Source of the DNA: a virus
Lineage: Duplodnaviria > Caudoviricetes
Direction: 5' to 3' (one strand)
DNA length: 35,505 bases
IMG/VR virus record: IMGVR_UViG_3300035394_000065
Coordinates: 1 to 35,505 of that record
In this document: in pieces, positions 7,582 through 14,253 of the stretch
How positions within the stretch are numbered: the first letter of the stretch is position 1
Layout: each line of letters starts with the position of its first letter
Made by a program: the position numbers and the translations under genes
Notes under the pieces: generated by a model
What the model was told of the DNA's origin: nothing
What the model saw: the letters and a program-made list of their open reading frames with translations, nothing else
Database searches by the model: none

Positions 7582-8969
7582 TGAAAGCTACTATCGTATT
7601 TTCTAAAAATTGGAATGCTATAAATGAGCGCAATGAAGATGGTAGCAATAAATATAGATACATAATAAATAAAGGTTCATCAAGGTCATCAAAAACCATA
7701 TCGTTAACACAATTATACGACCTTTACGCAAGGAATAACAACGGAAAACGGTGTACTGTTTGGAGAGATACGAAAACAGATTGTAAGAAAACTGTATTGA
7801 ATGACTTTCTAAAAATGTTAAAACGTGAAAACCTTTATAGGGTAAATCAAGACTTTAATAAAACTGAATCGATATTCTTATATTCAACTGATTCAACAGT
7901 TGAAATACATGGTACGGACGATGAGGAGACAGTACATGGATTGACTCAAGATATGGCATGGTTAAATGAGCCATATAAAATAAGTAAAGAAACATTTAAC
8001 CAAATAGACCAGCGGACATCAGATTTTATTTTTATAGATTACAACCCAAAAAAAGGACATTGGATTGAGGATTTAATAAAAGACCCCCGTTCAATTGTAA
8101 TACAGTCAACATTTAGAGACAACCCGTTTTGTCCTATTGAACAGAAAACTAAAATACTTTCATACCAGCCCATATCTTATTCAGATGTAGTTTTAAGCGG
8201 TCTAATTTCAGCAGAAGAAGCAAAGACTTATGATTTATTGATTAATAGATTATCATTCACTACAAAGCAATTAAAAGAGTTGTTAAGATGCAGAGAAAAT
8301 CACGATAAGAATAGCGCAAGTAATTTCAATTGGCAGGTGTACGGGCTTGGAGTTAAATCAGAGCGTCCGAATAGAATACTACATTTCAAGGAAATTAGTT
8401 TAGAAAACTATTTAAAACTAGATTACGATATAATCGTAGGAGTTGACTGGGGAGCGGTAGACCCATTTGGAATAGTTGAAGCGAAATATAACGACGGCAA
8501 TTTATATTTAAGAGAATTAAATTATCATAGTGAGAATAAAATACGTGAAAAAATAAGCGCAACGGAGCGGATTCAAATAAATGCGGATTCAAGTGATGAG
8601 GTTGCAATTGAGGGAGGTATCGTAACCTGGTTATTTAAAAAATTAGGCATAAGCAAAAAAGTACCCATAATTTGTGATACGAATAGACCTTTAAAAATAG
8701 CTTCATTAAGGCGTGCTGGATATAACGCTTTGCAGGCTAACAAGCCAAAGGATAGTATCGTAGATGGAATTGATTTGTTAAGCAATTTAAACGTATATTA
8801 TACAAGTGATTCAGAAAATTTAAAAATCGAACAGGAAAACTATTCAAGAAAAGTAGATAGGTACGGTATTATAATGGAAGAACCTGAGGATAATAATAAC
8901 CATTTAATAGACCCTACAAGATATATCGCTTTGTACTTAAAAATAATAGGAAAAATTAAAATAGTTTAG
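7581..8969 (+). CDS. terL: terminase large subunit (PBSX-like)
   Basis: KGSSRSSKT Walker A, WLNE Walker B, DYNP, STFRDNPF, GVDWG, NHLIDPTRY nuclease motifs. Confidence 0.9.
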   Translation: MKATIVFSKNWNAINERNEDGSNKYRYIINKGSSRSSKTISLTQLYDLYARNNNGKRCTVWRDTKTDCKKTVLNDFLKMLKRENLYRVNQDFNKTESIFLYSTDSTVEIHGTDDEETVHGLTQDMAWLNEPYKISKETFNQIDQRTSDFIFIDYNPKKGHWIEDLIKDPRSIVIQSTFRDNPFCPIEQKTKILSYQPISYSDVVLSGLISAEEAKTYDLLINRLSFTTKQLKELLRCRENHDKNSASNFNWQVYGLGVKSERPNRILHFKEISLENYLKLDYDIIVGVDWGAVDPFGIVEAKYNDGNLYLRELNYHSENKIREKISATERIQINADSSDEVAIEGGIVTWLFKKLGISKKVPIICDTNRPLKIASLRRAGYNALQANKPKDSIVDGIDLLSNLNVYYTSDSENLKIEQENYSRKVDRYGIIMEEPEDNNNHLIDPTRYIALYLKIIGKIKIV

Positions 8970-9066
8970 CTTATTTAGAATCATTATAAATTACATTTAT
9001 TTTTATTTTTTATTTGTTTTTAATTAAATAATATTCTTATATTTGTATCACATAACAATTAAAAAA
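8966..9066 (+). promoter_or_regulatory. early promoter copy 2 with Fur/PerR-like palindrome; heads the cassette block
   Basis: ATTTAGAATCATTATAAAT 8973-8991, TTTG 9013-9016, TATATTTG 9038-9045 (21-nt spacer). Confidence 0.8.
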
Positions 9067-9075
9067 ATAGAAATT

Positions 9076-9237
9076 ATGAGAACTATCAAAGAAATAAAAG
9101 GATTTAAAATTGAGTTTAACGGTGGGAAAACTTATTTTGTAACAGATGAACACGGAGAAGTTTTGGCAATAACAGGAACTTTAAGAACAGCAACAAACAA
9201 ATTAAATAAAATATTAACTCAAAGCGGTTTAAACTAA
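9076..9237 (+). CDS. small hypothetical protein
   Basis: ATG after leader AACAATTAAAAAAATAGAAATT; followed by hairpin AAAGCGGTT/AACCGCTTT (9221-9244). Confidence 0.65.
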   Translation: MRTIKEIKGFKIEFNGGKTYFVTDEHGEVLAITGTLRTATNKLNKILTQSGLN

Positions 9238-9305
9238 CCGCTTTAAAGCCATCAATTCAAAAGGAATTGATTAAACGATAAACTTAAATTGAAACACGAA
9301 ACAAA

Positions 9306-9623
9306 ATGTTACATATATTCGAATGCACAAAAGAGGAACTATTAACCTTTGAAATTTTAAAGAATTACAAGGGTCATAGTGTAAGAATAAAACCAATTCT
9401 GGATAAGCCACAAAATAAATTATACAATTTTGGTAACTGTAAAATGTTAATTAATAATGACATTGATATAACAAGAGAGCTTCATGTTCTATTTCAAATG
9501 TTTAACGGTTTTGAAGTAGATTTGGGTATAATAACGCAAGAAATGGTAGAGGATAAAGAACATTTTGAATATTTTATTAATGAAAGATTAAAATATATCG
9601 GGGCGTTTTTAAATGGCATATAA
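9306..9623 (+). CDS. hypothetical protein
   Basis: 105-aa ORF ending just before the first attC-like site. Confidence 0.6.
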   Translation: MLHIFECTKEELLTFEILKNYKGHSVRIKPILDKPQNKLYNFGNCKMLINNDIDITRELHVLFQMFNGFEVDLGIITQEMVEDKEHFEYFINERLKYIGAFLNGI

Positions 9624-9637
9624 CGGTTTCGTTTTTT

Positions 9638-9766
9638 GCGCTAACATACGCTATACGAAGGCAAGGGTTAAGATGCACTCCCTTTCAGCCTTGCACAAAT
9701 GATAAATAGATGTACACCGCTTGGATTAGCAGTAAGGCCCCTGCTTTTGTATAGCGTATGTTATAG
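9638..9766 (+). mobile_element. attC-like site 1
   Basis: TAACATACGCTATACGAAGGCAAGGG ... CCCCTGCTTTTGTATAGCGTATGTTA inverted arms. Confidence 0.75.
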
Positions 9767-9784
9767 GGCGTTTATTTTAAGATT

Positions 9785-9988
9785 ATGCCAGATATTACAA
9801 TGTGCACAAATGAAGAATGTCCGCTTTCATATAGTTGTTGGCGGTTTAATTGTCCACCAAGTCAATACCAACAAAGCTATGCGAAGTTTGAACCGCAAAT
9901 CGATAAAGTGTTGGATGAAGTGGAATGTAAAATGTATTTAGAAACCCAAAATAGTGAAAAGTCGGACGTTGTGAGGTTGTTCGGTTAA
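9785..9988 (+). CDS. small Cys-rich phage protein (cassette 1 cargo)
   Basis: MPDITMC-x4-CP-x4-CWRF pattern; bounded by GTTATAGGGCGTTTA (9760) and TAAATGCCCTATAAC (9986-10000). Confidence 0.75.
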   Translation: MPDITMCTNEECPLSYSCWRFNCPPSQYQQSYAKFEPQIDKVLDEVECKMYLETQNSEKSDVVRLFG

Positions 9989-9993
9989 ATGCC

Positions 9994-10124
9994 CTATAAC
10001 GGTTTGGGGCTTTGCGAAGGCAGGGCTTCAAGGCACAAAAGTTCAAATTTAGCACAATGTTTAATAGTAGTACAAATGTTCAATAAACCACTAATGCCCT
10101 GCTTTTGCGAAACCCTTGTTATGG
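9994..10124 (+). mobile_element. attC-like site 2
   Basis: TAAC-GGTTT-GGGGCTTTGCGAAGGCAGGGC ... GCCCTGCTTTTGCGAAACCC-TT-GTTATGG. Confidence 0.75.
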
Positions 10125-10155
10125 GCAGTACGGTATTTAACACGAGATTTTTAAA

Positions 10156-11154
10156 ATGGAAGTAAATAAAATATATCATAGTGATTGGATGAATAATAAT
10201 CTTGCTGACAAATCGGTGCAGTTGATTATTGCAGACCCACCGTACTACAAAGTAAAAGGAGATTTTGACTTTGTTTGGAAAACCTTTGATGATTACCTGC
10301 AAGATGTAGAAAAATGGGCGATAGAATGTAAAAGAGTTTTAGCTGATAATGGAACGCTTTATTGGTATGGAGATGCTAAAAATATTGCCTACGCTCAAAT
10401 AATATTTGATAAGCATTTTAATTTATTGAATAGTTTGGTATGGGAAAACACAAACGACCATAAGCAACAAATACGCTTTAATACTGATTTGCGAACCTTT
10501 GCACCACTTACTGAAAGATTGCTGATGTATAGCAATGATTTTGATATTGATTTTACGGTAGAGATAAGAAGTAATAAAAATAATTTTTTGCCAATTAAGG
10601 AATATATGAGAGAAGAAAGAAAAAAATGTGGATTAAGTGCATCAAAATTAAAAGAGAAAACAGGGCTTCCTTGTAATTTAAAGTTAATAGGTATGTATTT
10701 TGGTGATGTACAATGGCAACTACCTACAAAAGAAAATTATGAAATGCTACAAAAGACAGGATATTGGCAAAAACCTTTTGAAGTACTAAGAGAAGAATTT
10801 GAAGTACTAAGAGAAGAATTTGAAGTACTAAGAGAAGAATTTGAAGTGCTACGCAGACCGTTTAACAATGAACGTTTTTATGGTGATGTGATTAGAATCC
10901 CAAACTATGAAACAGGAAACCACGAACACGACACGCCAAAACCTGAAAAACTAACAAGGGAAATAATACTAATAAGTAGCAGACCAAACGACCTTATTTT
11001 AGTTCCTTTTGCTGGAAGTGGAACAGAGTGTGCAATGGCTATAAAAGAAAATAGAAACTTTATAGGATTTGAAATAAACGAAAAATACGTAAATTATGGC
11101 AATAAACGAACCGACAATATTAAGGCACAACCGTCATTGTTTGCAGTGTCGTAG
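10156..11154 (+). CDS. DNA N6-adenine/N4-cytosine methyltransferase, beta class (cassette 2 cargo)
   Basis: IIADPPY catalytic motif near the N-terminus, HDTPKP and PFAGSGT SAM-binding motif near the C-terminus. Confidence 0.9.
   Translation: MEVNKIYHSDWMNNNLADKSVQLIIADPPYYKVKGDFDFVWKTFDDYLQDVEKWAIECKRVLADNGTLYWYGDAKNIAYAQIIFDKHFNLLNSLVWENTNDHKQQIRFNTDLRTFAPLTERLLMYSNDFDIDFTVEIRSNKNNFLPIKEYMREERKKCGLSASKLKEKTGLPCNLKLIGMYFGDVQWQLPTKENYEMLQKTGYWQKPFEVLREEFEVLREEFEVLREEFEVLRRPFNNERFYGDVIRIPNYETGNHEHDTPKPEKLTREIILISSRPNDLILVPFAGSGTECAMAIKENRNFIGFEINEKYVNYGNKRTDNIKAQPSLFAVS
10777..10851 (+). repeat. 21-bp tandem repeat x3.5 encoding heptad FEVLREE
   Basis: TTTGAAGTACTAAGAGAAGAA at 10777, 10798, 10819, partial at 10840. 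Confidence 0.95.
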
Positions 11155-11160
11155 TATTGC

Positions 11161-11346
11161 TTATAACTGTTTAGCGGTTGGCGCAGTGCGTATTATTAAC
11201 GAAAAACTTAAATAGAGACGATATGACAAAAGCAGAAGAAATTTACCACCGTTTTGTTCAATACGAATGGAACGAAATAGGAGAAGGGATGAAGAAAAGT
11301 ATCTTAGATGCGATTAACGAAGCATTGCGCCAACCGCCTGTTAGCG
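11161..11346 (+). mobile_element. attC-like site 3 with a long, coding loop
   Basis: TAAC-TGTTTA-GCGGTTGGCGCAGTGC ... GCATTGCGCCAACCGC-CT-GTTAGCG. Confidence 0.7.
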
Positions 11347-11447
11347 GTTCGTTGGGCTTTGATGAAGGTTATGAAAAGGGATGGACTGATGCCACATCTC
11401 AAGCCATTAATGAAATACAAAAGAACTATAAGCCCAATGACCACTAA
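11223..11447 (+). CDS. hypothetical protein spanning the attC-like site 3 / cassette 3 junction
   Basis: ATG at 11223 inside the hairpin loop; the right arm and GTTA are translated as ALRQPPVSGS. Confidence 0.6.
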   Translation: MTKAEEIYHRFVQYEWNEIGEGMKKSILDAINEALRQPPVSGSLGFDEGYEKGWTDATSQAINEIQKNYKPNDH

Positions 11448-11537
11448 TTTTGGGCTTTGTGTCAGTTTGCCCTTGCACAAATGCTCAAATTATAGACAAA
11501 TGTTAATAGGGCAAATTGCACAAAACCCGTGTTAGTA
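11442..11537 (+). mobile_element. attC-like site 4 (TAAT instead of TAAC)
   Basis: GGGCTTTGTGTCAGTTTGCCCT ... AGGGCAAATTGCACAAAACCC-GT-GTTAGTA, with one extra T in the left arm. Confidence 0.7.
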
Positions 11538-11596
11538 GCTGGCGGGATTTTCAGCACTAAAGCTCAATCGAAGCACTAAAGAAAAAAGTATTAAAA

Positions 11597-12679
11597 ATGT
11601 GTGATGGCAAATATGGTTTTGAAAAAACCAAACATAACTTCCCTTACAAATGGACTTTGAAGGATGCGGTATTTACAAAAGACAAGGGCAAAGTATTTAG
11701 TTGTTTTGCTTGTGGTGGCGGTTCAACAATGGGCTATAAATTAGCAGGATTTGACGTATTAGGATGCAATGAAATTGACCCTAAAATGATTGAAGCATAC
11801 AAAGCTAACCATAATCCAAAATATGCTTATTTAGAGCCAATACAGACCTTTAAATTAAGGACTGATTTGCCTGATGAACTTTACAATTTAGAGATTTTGG
11901 ATGGTTCACCGCCTTGCAGTAGCTTTTCAATGGCTGGAAATAGAGAAAAAGACTGGGGCAAAGAAAAGAAATTTAGAGAAGGACAAGCAGAACAAATACT
12001 TGATAACCTTTTCTTTGATTTTATAGACCTTGCAAAAAAGTTACAACCAAAAGTAGTAATAGCTGAAAATGTGAAAGGATTGCTTTTAGGAAATGCAAAG
12101 CAATATGTAAGGCAGATTTATAGGGAATTTGATTTGGCTGGTTATTACTGCCAACATTGGCTACTGGATGCAAGTAAAATGGGTGTGCCACAAAAAAGAG
12201 AAAGGGTTTTCTTTATAGCAATGAGAAAAGATTTAGCTGAACCATTTTTGTATAATGCTGATATGTTTACAATAGTGCCAAAGTTGGAATTGCAATTTAA
12301 AGAAGCTGAAATATTATTTAAAGATTTGCTATTTGAAGATGAAGGGAAAATTTGCGAGTGGGAAGGTAAATGGATGTGGGAAAAAATTTCATTCGGTTCT
12401 TATTCACAGGTGCATCCAAAGCAACAATATTTTGGAGCTATAAAAGTAAATCCTGATGATGTTTGCCCAACTGTTGTAAGTAATACTGGAAGTGAATTAT
12501 TTGATTACAGAGAAAATAGGCATTTAAGTAAAGAACAATTATCACAGGTTGGAACATATCCATTAGATTATAATTATGTAAATGTTCCTTTTAAGTATTT
12601 AATAGGAATGTCAGTTCCACCTGTAATGACTGCACAAATAGCAAAACAAGTATATGAACAATGGTTATCAAAAATTTAA
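11597..12679 (+). CDS. DNA cytosine-5 methyltransferase (cassette 4 cargo)
   Basis: FACGGG (motif I), GSPPCSSFS (motif IV), ENV, QKRERVF, GMSVPP (motif X). Confidence 0.92.
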   Translation: MCDGKYGFEKTKHNFPYKWTLKDAVFTKDKGKVFSCFACGGGSTMGYKLAGFDVLGCNEIDPKMIEAYKANHNPKYAYLEPIQTFKLRTDLPDELYNLEILDGSPPCSSFSMAGNREKDWGKEKKFREGQAEQILDNLFFDFIDLAKKLQPKVVIAENVKGLLLGNAKQYVRQIYREFDLAGYYCQHWLLDASKMGVPQKRERVFFIAMRKDLAEPFLYNADMFTIVPKLELQFKEAEILFKDLLFEDEGKICEWEGKWMWEKISFGSYSQVHPKQQYFGAIKVNPDDVCPTVVSNTGSELFDYRENRHLSKEQLSQVGTYPLDYNYVNVPFKYLIGMSVPPVMTAQIAKQVYEQWLSKI

Positions 12680-12769
12680 TGGCTGCGGAGCAGACAAAGA
12701 GGGAGGGAAAATTTTTAATACTTTTTTCTATCCTGAACTTCAATCGAAGCACGTCCGCCCGCTTGCTAC

Positions 12770-12855
12770 TAACTAATTACTAAAAGAACATTTAATACAC
12801 TTGAATCATGCGTATTTCCTTGAATTTCTCTTGCAAATATTGTTTAGATTTCGAT
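12770..12855 (+). repeat. 86-bp segment, inverted copy of 34502-34587
   Basis: 82/86 identity by manual alignment; starts at the terminal TAAC of the array and overlaps the portal stop codon. Confidence 0.92.
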
Positions 12856-14049
12856 TATATTTAAAGCTTCTTGCAATGTCATTCCCGAACCTACTAGCGT
12901 TGAAATTGATTCCGATTTGTTTTTATTAGCTATTGTTTTCTCTAATATATTTTCTTGCAAAACTGGAACATTTGAATAGTCTAATCGTAACCACTCATTT
13001 TTACCGTCCAAGCCGAAAAGTTTTGTTCTATTCATTGACAATTCTTCTGATAAAGGTATTATGGTTGTTTGGAAAACGTTTCGCAAAGATGAAATTTTAT
13101 TTTCATAAGTTGATGCAGTTGAAAAGATATTTTCATCAAGACCCAAAACGTCTATAATTTTTTTAAATCCTGCGTCAACTTCTTCAAAAAGTAGCATATC
13201 TTTTATAGGATATGCGGTGCTATTCCATTTTAGGTTAGCATCACTAATAAATATTTTGCTTTTACCGTCTTCAATGCCGTAATTTTTCACATAAGCATCC
13301 TCCATTCTTTTTCTATCTTCTGGTGCAACGGCAACCGCTCCGATTGCGTCTTTTGTATTATTAGAAATAAAACCAAGCGCACCCTCCTTTGTCATAATTA
13401 CGTTTCTAAATTTTTTGGATGCGCGTATGTTTGAAATATCCATATACAAAGATTTCAAAGGCGATTCCCCTAAAATAGGATTATTGCTATTATTTAACTT
13501 TGTATGGTTTATTTGTTCGATTGTTAATTTCTCGTTTTCATCACCATTTTTGTAAATATAGTATTCAATTATTTCATTAATATCTTGTTGTTTATACCAT
13601 TTACCTGTTATTTTAGCTTCGATTTTATTAGTTTCTAAGATGTTCAATATTTTAGGCGATGAATTTTTAAATGGTTTTAATACAAATTCGTAATTATTAC
13701 CGTATAAAATCATATTCATATCGTAAAGTCTTATTAATTCGTTTCCATTCATCAAAGGGTTTGGATTCTCTAATATATTCACAAAAGGCGATTTAATTAC
13801 TTCTTCGATAATTCCTTTACTATTCATTTTCTCATGCTTCCATTCGCCACACGAAAGCATCAAACCACGTCTAACTATTGGTGCATAAAGCTCCGATGTT
13901 GTTATCATTAAGTCATAAGCATTTTTATTGTTAATTTGTATAAATTCAGGTTCACCGCTTAAATCTGTAATATTATTGCCTATGTATCTAGTTTTATAAT
14001 ACTCGTTCGCTCCTGTAAAAAATGTCAAAAGTTTATCAATAAAATTCAT
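12844..14049 (-). CDS. portal protein (HK97-like), inverted relative to other structural genes
   Basis: LENPNPLM, YGNNY, GESPL, GALGFI, TIIPL patterns; 401 aa; between terminase and protease. Confidence 0.85.
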   Translation of the reverse strand: MNFIDKLLTFFTGANEYYKTRYIGNNITDLSGEPEFIQINNKNAYDLMITTSELYAPIVRRGLMLSCGEWKHEKMNSKGIIEEVIKSPFVNILENPNPLMNGNELIRLYDMNMILYGNNYEFVLKPFKNSSPKILNILETNKIEAKITGKWYKQQDINEIIEYYIYKNGDENEKLTIEQINHTKLNNSNNPILGESPLKSLYMDISNIRASKKFRNVIMTKEGALGFISNNTKDAIGAVAVAPEDRKRMEDAYVKNYGIEDGKSKIFISDANLKWNSTAYPIKDMLLFEEVDAGFKKIIDVLGLDENIFSTASTYENKISSLRNVFQTTIIPLSEELSMNRTKLFGLDGKNEWLRLDYSNVPVLQENILEKTIANKNKSESISTLVGSGMTLQEALNIIEI

Positions 14050-14065
14050 ATAAATATTTTTTTTT

Positions 14066-14130
14066 CAAATATAAGTCTATTTAACATAATAAATAGTATA
14101 TTTGAAAAATCTATTTAACATAATATTATT
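14066..14130. promoter_or_regulatory. divergent -7 promoters (portal / head operon) with two CTATTTAACATAAT boxes
   Basis: TATATTTG minus at 14066-14073 and plus at 14097-14104; boxes at 14077-14090 and 14111-14124. Confidence 0.7.
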
Positions 14131-14253
14131 ATGGGCAAAAATGAGGTTTTAAAAAACTTAAAAGAAAAGTTAGAAAAGTTAGAAAATAGCAATATAAAAA
14201 CGGCTATTAAAGAGGATATTAAAGTAAAGGGGGCGGATTACGTAAAGAAATGA
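14131..14253 (+). CDS. small hypothetical protein (40 aa), not in ORF track
   Basis: MGKNEVLKNLKEKLEKLENS...; ATGA overlap with the protease gene. Confidence 0.5.
   Translation: MGKNEVLKNLKEKLEKLENSNIKTAIKEDIKVKGADYVKK

Noticed and set aside
9699-10302. Track ORFs 9699-9941 (+), 9846-10055 (-), 9994-10302 (-)
   Set aside because: They overlap better-supported cassette genes and run through hairpin arms; probably shadows.
11308-11535. Track ORF 11308-11535
   Set aside because: Overlaps 11223-11447 in another frame and consists largely of hairpin sequence.
14113-14140. Canonical dif/attP site
   Set aside because: The XerD arm matches but the centre is 5 bp and the XerC arm is weak; four promoter-linked copies fit an operator better. 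Kept only as a hypothesis.
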